Shown here one piece after another: positions 49,315 through 61,079 of a DNA stretch of 64,000 bases; position 1 is the stretch's first letter; each line of letters opens with the position of its first letter. Position numbers and translations under genes: made by a program. Source of the DNA: Zootoca vivipara (Eukaryota); the NCBI RefSeq assembly GCF_963506605.1, contig NC_083288.1, positions 25,730,001 to 25,794,000 on the forward strand, in the 5' to 3' direction. The notes below the pieces were generated by a model that had not been told where the DNA came from, made no database searches, and saw nothing but the letters and a program-made list of their open reading frames with translations.

Positions 49315-52300
49315 GGAATGGGGCAAGCAGCCTTGTTCCTGTACAGATGCAAAAACAAAACTATACTGAGATAAATCCCCGAAATGAGATATTGATATAG
49401 TGAATGATATTAAAACTAAACTAATAATTGTTCAAAAAAACAAAACAAAATTAGCTTAAATCTCCCGAGAGAAACCTTGATATAGAAAAAACATAAATTT
49501 CTCAAAGAAACCTCTAAATAAAGTAAACCTTGACGAGGTGCTGGCTGAGTGACTCGTTTCACTGGGAAAAAAATCTCTGTTTCCTCAGAAGGAAAATATT
49601 TAGGGGCTGAGGTTTTCTTATCAAAAACTAGACAGGAACTGTAGACTCTGAAAAGAACTGAAAGCTACACCGCAGCCTGGGGTAAAACCCCCCCAAAATA
49701 AGACTCTAATTTTGTTTAAACTAAAGGTTAGCTAATATTATGAGACAGTTCAAATAAGGAATATCATAGCTATTTGAAAAAGATTAGGTAGAGGGTTGTA
49801 AAAGCTCTCCTAGTTGTGATGTTATAATGCCATTGCTAAGACTGCTGATGGATAAGAAAGATTATTGCTTTTTTGCCATTTTGTTCCTGTACAAGGCTGC
49901 ACGCAAACAGGGTCTGAGCATACTAAGGGACATGTAATGGCCCCTAACTCAGGACACACAAGCGGGGCAGAGAGAACGGAATGGTATCCTGGAAGAGGGC
50001 ATGGCTGGCTGGCTGGCTGGAACACTGAAGAGGAACACAGGGCAACGTTTTGTTGCTTGTCCCACTTGTACACAAATAATAACCACCCCCACTCCATGCA
50101 CAAGAAGATCCCTCCTCCCCTAGCAACCTCCGAAACCAAACTCTCTCTTACAAACAGTAACCAAAGTTAGGGCAGAAGACCTTGGCGACCGACCCCAAAG
50201 ATAGCCTGATATGTACAGGCTCGGGCTCCCCTTTGCAGCCCAGCCTTCACATGTCTCTGCCCGTGAGGAGCCCAAGTCACTAGGACGATAATAGGGCAGG
50301 CCTGGTGATCTGGCCCCTTGGGGATGTGGGCGAGACCCTGCGGTGGGAGGAGGAAGGGATGGGACAGCTAATCCAAGCCTTTGGGCCAGGTCCGTGATGC
50401 CAGAGCAGGGCCAGGGCATTTGGCAATGGTACAAGGTATGGAGTGGGCTGGGAGGGAGTTATATAACCCAAAACCAACAGGGCTGCCAAATCCTTCTAGC
50501 GATTCTACTGGGAAGACAGTGTGATTTGGCAGGCTCAAAGCCAGGATTCCTGAATGCTATTTATATATATGGGGGAGGAGGGCACTGCTGAAGGGTTAGA
50601 GCAAAAGAAATGCTGTCAGCTATGACACTGGGGGGTCAGGACCCACTGCTGTGCCATGGTCTGGTGGTCTAATGTGAAACCCAACAGCAGCAACAGCATC
50701 TGAAAGGGCTGAAGACCACCGACCTCCTACAGCTGCAAAAAAGGAACAGAGAACAGCAAGTAGCGTTTCCTTTCCCAGTTTTCCCAGTCTTAAATCCCAT
50801 TTCCCACATCCGTTGGCAATGTTTTAAAAAGACCTCGTGAAAATTCATTAGCATTTCTAACGAGAATTTCCCCTGGTACGCAAAGCTTTGCGTGCAAATT
50901 TGCCTAACGTTACACAGTATTGTCAAGCAATTCCCCTTCATACGACACAGTTTGTATGTTCTTTTCACTATCATATGCATTTATATGCACACTTTATCGC
51001 AGCTTGTGTGTGTGTGTTTTTGGTACATGTTTCTTAGCTGGAGAGCCACACTGCAAAATTCAGAGAAGTGTGAATTCCAAAAGATGGCTGGGTTTCGGTT
51101 TGTGTGTTGCAATACCGTCCAACATTCCTCTGATGAAAGTAGGGATGTCCTGTTTAATAATAATAACAATAACAATAATAATAATACCCTACCCCAGCCA
51201 CTCTGGACAGGCTTCCAACATATATAAAAACAGCATAAAATATTAAACACTAAAAAAAACTTCCGTGTACAGGGCTGCCTTCACATGTATTCTAAAGGTT
51301 GTATCGTCACTTATCTCCTTGGCTTGGGGGTTGCATAACTCCATACCCTCCAATATTCATCTGATGAAAATAGGGACATCCTAAGGAAAAGCGAGACATT
51401 CCGCTATCAAAACAGAAACTGGAACAGGGACAAAATGGAGGGTCTGGTATTGTTTTGAAAAATGCAAATTGGGCATCTTTCCTTTGAAAGAGGACCTGCC
51501 TATGAGAGCCCACACCTGTGGTCTGAAATGGAGCAGTCTAGGCAGTTTAGTTTATTCCCCACCCACCCCCAAATAAACAAATAACCTTTTCATACTTACA
51601 GGCCATCATGATAGACATTTTGGTCACTAATCAATAATACACCTTATCAGGGTTTGCCCCCCTCCTCCACCCTCAACCACCCCATTAACTTTGTGGATGT
51701 TGACCTCTAATAACTGGAGCAGAGCCTTTCCCTTCTCCCAAGCACACATTCTTATCAGCTTCCCCTGATTTAAAAGCATTCTTGTACTTCTGTATTTGGA
51801 AAGATGCTCCCTCCTCCCTCCTCCCTCCTCCCTCCTCCCTCTCCCCCCCCCTCTTTAAATGGGATTGAGCTTTAAAAATAGAATGAGGACTTGGCAGGGG
51901 ACTATCAGCATGTCCTTTCCTGGATGGAGAAGTAAACTGTATCTTTGTTTATTTGGGTGGCAGGTGAGTAGGGAGGTCAAGAGTGGTTGTCTCCAAAGGC
52001 CATGAAATAAACCATAAAAAGATAATCCTGGCAGATTAGCACATACACAACCAAGCGCACAAACTTCTAGGTGGTAACTGCCTGCTGTGTGTGTGCTGTT
52101 CCTCCCCTCTCCCCCCAGTTTTCCTTTTAAAGCATTCCCCTCCACGTGAGACCACTTCCTAACATAACAGCACAAACCCCTCCAACGTGACCAAAGGTCA
52201 GAGCATCCAACACGTGTGGATGGCAGAGGAAACAGGAGACTTCTGGTCCGGGTAAAGCAGCCGATTCCCCTGAAACTCAGCCTGCAGGTTGCAACCCATT

Positions 52301-53032
52301 TCCACCTCATCAACCCAAAGGGTTGGGAGGGGAGCAGCGAGAAAGTTACAAACTGCAGCAAAATGAACTAACACGTATCACCCTATTACCCAAGGATCTC
52401 GTTTATTAGGTATGGGAAATATTAACTATGGATCAGATATTCAGTTAAGATAGGGTTGCTGTATTTCAAAAAGTAAAAACCAGGACCCCCCCAAAAAGTT
52501 GACTTGCCTAAGATCCAGTACAAAGTGTCACCTTTTGGAGATCCCCCCCCCGACTTCAATTCCACCTTTGAAATCCTAGTAATGTCCCCCTAGTTAAGCC
52601 CTAGTTAATATAAGACATATGGTGCAAGGCTACAGCCAATCTCACATTTAATCTTGGTTTTTATTGTTGTTGTTGTTGTTTAGTCGTTTAGTCGTGTCCG
52701 ACTCTTCGTGACCCCATGGACCATAGCACGCCAGGCTATGGTTTTTATAGGGGGGGGGAATGGCAGCCTAATAATGAAATAAAAATCATAATAACAGTCC
52801 TCCCCCCCCCCACTGTTACAGGCCATAGATTATCTATTAGCCATAGGCCTGGGTAAATAGGAATGCTTTTGCCTGGTGCTGTAAGAAATGTAAAGATGGT
52901 GCCAGATGAGCCACAGAAAAAGGTGGTATGAAATGGGCAATCTATGGTATGTATTTTTTGTGTTTCGATATTGTAAACTGCCCTGTGATCCTCAGATCAA
53001 AGGCAGTATAGAAAATATAGCAATAATAATAC

Positions 53033-53078
<46 letters not shown>

Positions 53079-53119
53079 TAGCTCTGTACAGGGTAGCAAC
53101 AAATCAGACTTCCACTTTT

Positions 53120-53157
<38 letters not shown>

Positions 53158-53183
53158 AGCAGAGCGGACCTATTCTCTCTCAA

Positions 53184-53279
53184 CAGTATTCTGGCTGACA
53201 GACCTTCTCCCATCCAAGTACTTGCTTCACCTCTGAGATCAGACAATTTGGGAGAGTTCAGGATGTTCTGGCCGTAGGG
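53184..53279 (-). pseudogene. 5S rRNA-derived relic (pseudogene or 5S-headed SINE)
   Basis: Minus strand CTACGGCCAGAACATCCTGAAC...GTCTGATCTCAGAGGTGAAGCA/AGTACTTGGATGGGAGA aligns by eye to vertebrate 5S with an internal deletion of roughly 17 nt. Confidence 0.75.
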
Positions 53280-54378
53280 TGGCTGACAGGTCTTCATAGA
53301 CAAACCCACAAACTCTCCAAGCCAAACAGAAACTGAGGCCGCATCTGCTTTCCCTTCCCCATCCATTTTGGGAAAAACATTGCTTGCCCAATGCAGATAC
53401 CGTACAGAGCGGCTCACGTTGACCAGACCCAACGTGTAAGGGAGAGGAGGAGGCAGCTGTAGACTGGGTTGGGTGAAGCATCAATGTGAGGCTTACCAGC
53501 ACACTTGTGGCCCAGGGAGGATATCATTTGGCTTGCTGTCCCTACAAGGCCCCTAGCCAAAAAACAGGAGTAGCTATTTGTTTTCCCATAGTGAGGATCA
53601 TAATATGCTGACCTTTGCTCAGGGCCAAGAAGGGAGCGAGACTGTTAAGGCTTAGGCAGTTGGTGAAAACAAACAAAACACACACACTTATTGCCATTTT
53701 GTTATTTATACGAAGATTTATAACTTGCTTTCTCCACTCAAAAAAAAAAGTCGTCGGTCAAAGTGGCTTATAAAAATTTAAAAGGCATACAAAAACAACA
53801 ACAATCCATCAGTAAAAACACAAATGCAGCACAGAGCAAGAATACAATAAACCCAGGCTGACAGATTAAATTAAATTGAGCCGCAGCAGAAGCAAAAGCC
53901 ACTGGGAAAAGAAAGCTTTTTGTTGGTAGAAGACAGAGAAGTCTTGGGGCAAGGAGTTCCACATGCAAAGGATCATCAGCTATGCCTCAGAAGGCAATGG
54001 GCCAGCAGGAAAGAGAGGTTTTAGCCCTTCCCACTTGCCTTTTGTAGGGGGAGTCAAAGGAGAGCACATTGCCATGCCTTCTGACTGCGCCCTACCAAAT
54101 CGGACTGAGTTTCCATCTAGCTCCCTGCAGTATGCTCTAAAATACTCCAATCCCTTCATCATTTTATGGTGTGATCCTATGGAAATCTGCTCAGAGGTCC
54201 TTCTGTGGCCAATGAGACTTACTCTGAGGTGGGTATGTTGGATTGCAGGTTTAGTTGAACATTGCACAGTTGTGTTGTGTTCTTTTAAAAAGCATACTAT
54301 CTAGCTCTATGATATGGGTCTATGATATTCCAAAAGTGGCTGTTCCAATGTATTCATATAAAGGCATTATGTGACTTG

Positions 54379-54540
54379 GCCCTGGATAGCTCAGTTGGTA
54401 GAGCATGAGACTCTTAAACTCAGGGTGGTGGGTTCGAGCCCCATGTTGGGCGAAAGATTCCTGCTTTTGCGGGGGGTTGTACTAGATGACCCTCGTGGTC
54501 CCCCTTGCAACTTGACAGTTCTGTTATTCTGTTATTCTGT
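54379..54540 (+). mobile_element. tRNA-Lys(CTT)-derived SINE with CR1-like 3' tail
   Basis: Head TAGCTCAGTTGGTAGAGCATGAGACTCTTAAACTCAGGGTGGTGGGTTCGAGCCCCATGTTGGGCG is close to tRNA-Lys-CTT; followed by gggttgtactagatgaccctc...(ttctgtta)n CR1-type tail. Confidence 0.78.
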
Positions 54541-55350
54541 TTTCAATCTCTTCAGTTCAAAACCAGGGTGCAACAGTTAACGTGGGCATCTGTACACACA
54601 GGCAGGCGTATCCCTTCCAAGAGGCCCAGAGATTCCTGCGAAAGGTGTAAAACCACAGAAACCTTGACAAGGAAGAACAAAATCATCACAAGGAAAGTTG
54701 TTAAATGAGCTGGAGGTGGGGGGGGCTGGGAGAAGACGGCTCATTAATTATCTAGCATTTCTCAGCTGTCAGAAAGGATAGTGACAGGAAGAGATACAGT
54801 ATATGTGTTTGTGCATGTCTCTGCCAAGAGGGACAAGTAGAGCAGTTTCCAACATTTCTTGCCAACCTCTAGGCTGGATGCTTGAAACCCTGCGATCCAG
54901 AATCCAGGAAAAGGCCGCCCTGGGTCCATCGCATGCTTGGAATATTGTGGGGAAGGAGAAGAAAGGGAGAAATTTCCCCAGCCAGGCCTTTTGTTTCCCG
55001 CAAACGGAGACTCTGCTATTTAGAAACAGGAGCCAGGGGGATTAGCGACAGGGACAGCAGCAATCCTTGTCACCAGGCTCCGGGCGGCTTGTATATCAGG
55101 GACAGGTTGTACACAGAGAGATTGGAGAGAAGAGGGTGAGGACAGGAGAACAGGTGGCCTGGAAGCACACGCAAAAATGGACAGGGAAAAGGAGGAGGAG
55201 AGAAAACAACCCTTCTTGTAGAAAGGACAGGGGGGAAAACATTTGATAGGCAGGCATGGCCAATGGGCAACATTTATGTATGTTGTTTGCCATGGACATA
55301 CACAGGATTATTTTTTTGCAGGTGCGGTAGAGAAAACAAATACTCTAGGG

Positions 55351-55575
55351 CTGTTGTTGTTGTTTAGTCCTTTAGTCGTGTTCGACTCTTCGTGACCCCA
55401 TGGACCAGAGCACGCCAGGCATTCCTGTCTTCCACTGCTTCCCGCAGTTTGGTCAAACTTATGTTCATAGCTTCGAGAACACTGCCCAACCACCTCATCC
55501 TCTGTTGTCTCCTTCTCCTTGTGCCCTCCAATCTTGCCCAACTTCCCAGGGAGTCTTCTCTTCTCATGAGGCTGC
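55351..55575 (-). mobile_element. Bov-B LINE 3' fragment
   Basis: Bov-B C-terminal peptide (ORF 55364-55648 part); (TTG)n tail; a shorter piece lies at about 52664-52735. Confidence 0.85.
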
Positions 55576-56724
55576 CATATTTCAAAAAGTGAAAATCCGA
55601 ACTTCTCCAAATTAAGTTTTGGGTTTGTTTGTTTTTGCAACATCTCAATTTTTTTTGAAGTTTTTGAGCAATTTTAAAGGAAAATCAAAATCAACACTTC
55701 CAAAAATAAAAATAATATCCACACTTCCAACATGGGTTGCCATGATTTTCGGTGGTTTTTGGAAATTCAACCCGGATGCTATTTCTGACGGACAAATCCT
55801 GGATATATTGCATCCCTAAAATACTCCAAATAAGCAAACACACATAAATGAAAGGTAGGAGCAGGCAAGCTTCTCTCGAAACAAAAGAGAGGGATACCGC
55901 CCGCACCTTTTGCTTTGCATCTCTGGTTCTACAACTGCTAAACATGTACAGTGCACTTGCTTTTCAAAGTGAAAGCTGGGAACCTGGGGCTTATGCTTCA
56001 TCCAGAGGTGGGGTAACTCCCCCCCCCCCATTTGTATGCCTATGTTGTGTACATTAAACACAGAGTAGGGTTGCCATACATCCAGATTTTCCCGTACATA
56101 GTCAGAATACGGCAGCTGGAAACAGTGTCCGGGTAGAAACCAGTTCAATATCTGGGAAAATCTCTAAGGTGCTTTATTTTGTTTCAACTATGACAGACCA
56201 ACATGCCTACCTACCTGTAACACCCTGAGAATGTTTGATATATTATTGCGTTTTTAATATTCTGTTGGGAGCCGCCCAGAGTGGCTTGGGCAACCCAGCC
56301 AGATGGGTGGGGTATTAATAATAATAATAATTATTATTATTAGTCTTGAGCAGCAAAGCCAAAATAAAGGCACTGTATCAAGGCAGTGTGGTAAAGCCCC
56401 ACATTTTTGGCCATGGAGAACATTTCAGCTCTGGGTTTTGGTTTATGTTTTTCCATCCAAATGTTCACCTCTTGTTTTATAGAAAACTATTGACTGAGAG
56501 TCATGAGAAACGATGCTATTTGTTAACCCATGACATTAATACAGAAGAAAAAGGGTAAAGCATGAACGGGAAATGGGGGCGCAAGTTCTTTGTGCCAAAG
56601 GGAGTTTCCAACAGGTTCAGTAGTCTACTCTGAATATGCGGACTCCATTCGTTCTTCCATCCAAAGGTAGAGTTGTGCCTGCCTCTTTCTTCAGTGTCTG
56701 CCTCTCTTCCACCTTCTCCTCGGC

Positions 56725-56910
56725 TTAATCCCCGTCTACGCCCTCCTCCATCTCTTCCTGAGCTTCGTTGCTCATTGTGACCAAGACAGGACCAGGTGTT
56801 GTAGGTCCTCCATCGCTGGAAGATCCCTCATCCTCTTCGTCCTCCACGGGGTAGAAGTGCCGAGCCGCTGACAGGAATTCATCTCCCACATCAAGGAGAA
56901 GCAGCCTGTC
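56725..56910 (-). CDS. Melanoregulin-like exon 5 (terminal)
   Basis: DRLLLLDVGDEFLSAARHFYPVEDEEDEGSSSDGG...EEMEEGVDGD*, cf. MREG DRLIALDAAEEFFKLARRTYP; total CDS 681 nt in frame. Confidence 0.9.
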   Translation of the reverse strand, partial: DRLLLLDVGDEFLSAARHFYPVEDEEDEGSSSDGGPTTPGPVLVTMSNEAQEEMEEGVDGD

Positions 56911-58321
56911 CTAGGGAAGGAAGGGTGACAAAAATAAAGGGATCTAAGACACCTAAGAAGTAGAAAATTTAAAAATGATGACCACACCAAGCCAGCAGTA
57001 AATATTGGATTCAATTGCATTTTACCTCACAGTAATTGTGAGGTAAAATAATGGAAGAGAGAGTGGCAATCCTTGGGTCACCGGAGAGGTCAGGGATCCC
57101 CCAAATCTTTAAGCAAACAAAAATACTGATTTTTGCCAACTGCCTCTACCCCACTTTTAAAAGTCAGGGGATGTGAGGGAAACACATATAAAATAAACCG
57201 AACAAATGGTCCCTGTTTGGGGCAGGGGCCAAAACACTTCAAGGAGCCCCTGTTACGAGGGAGATTCCCAGGTTCTTAGTAGCACAGGCCTAGTACTGAA
57301 TGGGTAGGGTTGGAGTATGTAATTAACTACCAAGACACAAGTATCTGGTAATAAAATGTAATATTAGATTTATTAAGGGAAGTCTGAGTCTAAAAGCATT
57401 CAAAAGGAGATAAAGTGATTTATTGTTGTTCCGCTCTGTTTTCTGGCCTAGGAGACATCCACCCTTTGTTGTAGAAAAATAGTTCCCATTAAACTATTTG
57501 GCCTTCTTTAAAGAAGAAGAAGAAGAAACAACAACAACAACAACAGGAGCTGGCACACCCTTAATTTAATTACCGTATTTTTCCGTCTATAAGACACCCC
57601 CATGTATAAGACGCCCCCTATTTTGGGGGACTCGGATTTTAAAAAATGGGGGGAGATGACCACATACCCAGAGGTCTCAGGGCGGTTCACAAAACAAAAT
57701 CAAAATATAAAACCACAAAAATATAATCAAAATTAAAACAACCTAATAATCCCCCCCCCCCCGAATGAAATCAACCAAAGGCCAATGAAATCAACCAAAG
57801 TCCTGTTCCAGACAAAGGAAAATATTCAACTGAGATCTTTCTCCCTCAAAGTGAGAGAACTGACTAACCAAGCAAACGCCACGTATTTTTAGCCATTAAC
57901 AAGGCTACCTGCAGAAGGGGGAGAATTTCAAAAGGATTGCTTTGTCCTGAAAGCATGACCCTCTATGTCGAACAAAAGACTTGGCATCACACTCCCAACA
58001 CTAGGAGGGGAAACATCTCCACTTAACTTGGAGGACAAAGGAAAAAATATTTGGGAGAGGGTGGCAAGGTGTTAAAGGATTTGTAAGGCCAATCAGCACA
58101 TTAGAAGGAGTCGATTCACAGAGGCTTCATGACATTGGAAGCAGTTATTTGAAAACCACAATCAGGCTACCTGGAGGAGCTTGCTTTCCACTCCTACCTT
58201 CATGGTAGCTGCTTCCATGCCACGGTGGGTCAGGCCCACAGCTTCTGTCCCTGCGGTGATGTACTGCACAGACAAGCACATGCCCCAACAGAAGTTTCTA
58301 CCGAATCCTCCCTCTACTCAC

Positions 58322-58488
58322 AATGACAAAGAGGTATCTCTCGGGTGGACCACCACGATGCCGGCCAAAAATGGTTGTCTGCTCAGCCAGGGCAGTGTGG
58401 ATCCTGCGGGCCTCTTGAGGATTGTGAAGGGATTCATATGAGGTGCTGGATGTGACAGTGAGGAGCCCATCTGCTTCAGCTTTGAATC
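58322..58488 (-). CDS. Melanoregulin-like exon 4
   Basis: FKAEADGLLTVTSSTSYESLHNPQEARRIHTALAEQTTIFGRHRGGPPERYLFVI, cf. MREG FQKEADSLLSVT...LAEETNIF...ERYLFVV; 167 nt, TAG/GTGAGT. Confidence 0.92.
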
Positions 58489-58514
58489 CTACATTGGGAA
58501 GAGATCATTTATGC

Positions 58515-58650
58515 CAGGCTTCCTCAACCTCAGCCCTCCAGACGTTTTTGGCCTACAACTCCCATGACCCCTAGCTAGCAGGACCAGTGGTCAGGGATGA
58601 TGGGAATTGTAGTCTCAAAACATCTGGAGGGCTGAGGTTGAGGAAGCCTG
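58515..58650. mobile_element. 136-bp palindromic hAT MITE (MREG-like intron 3)
   Basis: TIR CAGGCTTCCTCAACCTCAGCCCTCCAGA, TSD ATTTATGC. Confidence 0.88.
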
Positions 58651-58918
58651 ATTTATGCCCAAATCCACTCCAAACACCAACTCAATAAATAATAAACAAG
58701 AGCAGCCCTGTTGGATAGGAACGGAATCCAGTATCCTGCTCTCACAGTGGCCAAGGATAGGTAAATAATAGTCTTCACCCCTCCAAAGTCAACAGGGAGA
58801 AGGCTCTAGTAGTTCTTAGTAGTGGAACACTTGAGAGAAATGAAAACGAGTAAGGATAACAGCTCTCTTAACACTCTCCACTTTGGTCGGTGGTGGAAAT
58901 CTCCCAAGGACACCATAC

Positions 58919-59009
58919 CCAAGACTTCCAGGATTTGCTTCCATCGGTCCTTCATCTTCCGACGGATCTGCCGGTGAGCGATGATGTCAAAGCTCAAGCG
59001 TCGGTAGTC
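58919..59009 (-). CDS. Melanoregulin-like exon 3
   Basis: DYRRLSFDIIAHRQIRRKMKDRWKQILEVL(G), cf. MREG [31 protein letters not shown]; 91 nt. Confidence 0.92.
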
Positions 59010-59293
59010 CTTTGTCAGGATACAGGAGACCATCAAAAGAATGAACCACTAAGCTACGCTTTTCAGCAAAACGCCCACCATCATGCAAACTATGTGTGGA
59101 GAAAGGCCTATATATTACAGGGGTCTTTAAAGGGCTGCTTTGTGTGTGCACCTACATGTGCATTAACACACTGCACCCCACTGAGGCCCCTATTGCTGAA
59201 GATCATGCCACCCAGGCAGATTGCTCCTACGATGCATCACTTTTCTTGCTCCCATCCATGGATGCAAACAGCAGAAGCTCATCCGTATGTGGC

Positions 59294-59429
59294 CAGGCAC
59301 CCCCAAACTGCGGCCCTCCAGATGTTTTGGCCTACAACTCCCATGATCCCTAGCTAGCATGACCAGTGGTCAGGGAAGATGGGAATTGTAGTCCAAAACA
59401 TCTGGAGGGCCGAAGTTTGGGGATGCCTG
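59294..59429. mobile_element. 136-bp palindromic hAT MITE (MREG-like intron 2)
   Basis: TIR CAGGCACCCCCAAAC/GTTTGGGGATGCCTG; flanking duplication gtatgtggc. Confidence 0.85.
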
Positions 59430-59743
59430 GTATGTGGCAGACAGTTAAGGGTTACATCACTGCTCTTTCCGATGCTATTTTTTGTCAGGAAAGGGGTTGG
59501 ATTCCCCGAAGAAGTTTCTTTTGGCCCAATATAACTCAATGTAAGCCATTAGCCCATCCCACCTGCATAGCCCTATGCTGGTTTGTATTTGTTGGTCACA
59601 CTAGAGTGCGGCAGAAACTAGAAACTGGCTTATATTATTTTAATGCTTACATCAATGCCTCACTGTGTTTGTGGGCACACATACACAATAATTCTTGTTC
59701 ATGGACATCATTGTCTGGCACTTACTCCTCCAGATGAACCAAC

Positions 59744-60190
59744 CATAGAATCATAGAGTTGGAAGAGACCACAAGGGCCATCCAGTCCAACCCCCTGCCA
59801 AGCAGGAAACGCCATCAAAGCATTCTTGACATATGCCTGTCAAGCCTCTGCTAAAGACCTCCAAAGAAGGAGACTCCACCACACTCCTTGGTAGCAAATT
59901 CCACTGCCTAACAGCTCTTACTGTCAGGAAGTTCTTCCTAATGTTTAGGTGGAATCTTCTTTCTTGAAGTTTGAATCCATTGCTCCGTGTCCGCTTCTCT
60001 GGAGCAGCAGAAAACAACCTTTCTCCCTCCTCTATATGACATCCTTTTATATATTTGAACATGGCTATCATATCACCCCTTAACCTTCTCTTCTCCAGGC
60101 TAAACATACCCAGCTCCCTAAGCCATTCCTCATAAGGCATCGTTTCCAGGCCTTTGACCATTTTGGTTGCCCTCCTCTGGAGACGTTCCA
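59744..60190 (-). mobile_element. CR1 LINE 3' end
   Basis: LERLQRRATKMVKGLETMPYEEWLRELGMFSLEKRRLRGDMI...VRQWNLLP peptide plus ctctatgattctatg tail. Confidence 0.9.
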
Positions 60191-60266
60191 GACTGCACGT
60201 GGGCAAATGTCTTGCAATTAAATTCTCCCCCAAACAAAAAATATTCCGTGCGCAAGGACAACATAC

Positions 60267-60426
60267 CTCTGATCCCCGGCGCGTTTTTGACCTTTTCTCC
60301 AGCAACATGTGGAGTTTATGATCATCATCCCGTTCCACGTGAGTCTTGTCCATTGGTTCATTCCATAAGTTGACGGCCTCCAATTCCCGTCGCTTCTGCA
60401 ACTTGTTGAAATACTGAAGCGTATCG
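60267..60426 (-). CDS. Melanoregulin-like exon 2
   Basis: DTLQYFNKLQKRRELEAVNLWNEPMDKTHVERDDDHKLHMLLEKRSKTRRGSE, cf. MREG NLWSMPHDVSHTEADDDRTLYNLI; 160 nt, CAG/GTATGT. Confidence 0.9.
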
Positions 60427-60508
60427 CTGCAACAGAAAGGTTACAAACAAACAGCATCACAATGGCTGCTCTTCAAACCAAGTAGAAAATGGAGTTCTTG
60501 GTAAAGTC

Positions 60509-61079
60509 CAGAAATAAACAGTAAATTGCAAGAACTCAGGCCAAAAGAAAAATGGATTTCAAATATATCTTCACAAGGTTTTATTTGTGTGATGAAGAGT
60601 TCAAATAGGAATCAATCCCAGTATAGTAGGCAAAATAAAAATAAATTCCAGTAAAAATCAGGACAAGGCCCTGTTTTGACAATTCTTCATCAGCTGGAAT
60701 ATTGAAAAATTAGAAATGAATCTTAAAATAATTCTCCTTATAACAAAAAATCATTCAGATCTCTAAACATAAAGTCTTATCATATGTAAAAGACAGAGAA
60801 TATGCTTAAATGAACATTACAGGTATATCTATGAATAACTAACCTTACATCAAAATTACATTCTGTTTTCTAAATAAAGAGTTGAATTGCTTATAATGTA
60901 CAAAGATAGCTTGTCCATGTTTTAAATGATAAACCATCTTAAAATAATTATCCTTACATCAGGAATACATGTAATTTTCTAAAGACGAAGTTATATCACT
61001 CATAATAAACCTTGTGAAGATATATTTGAAATCCATTTTTCTTTTGGCCTGAGTTCTTGCAATTTACTGTCTATTTCTG
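60509..61079 (-). mobile_element. Penelope-like insertion with ~72-bp terminal inverted repeats and a hammerhead-like motif
   Basis: IR cagaaataaacagtaaattgcaagaactcagg...cacaaggttt and its reverse complement at about 61007-61079; direct repeat gctcttcaaaccaag on both sides; AT-rich interior. Confidence 0.6.

Noticed and set aside
54379-54452. Functional tRNA-Lys(CTT) gene
   Set aside because: Mismatches in the acceptor/T region, no T-run terminator, and it runs straight into a CR1-like tail; called a SINE.
59751-60401. 216-aa minus-strand ORF
   Set aside because: Chimera of MREG-like exon 2 reading through its donor into an intronic CR1 3' end; not a gene.
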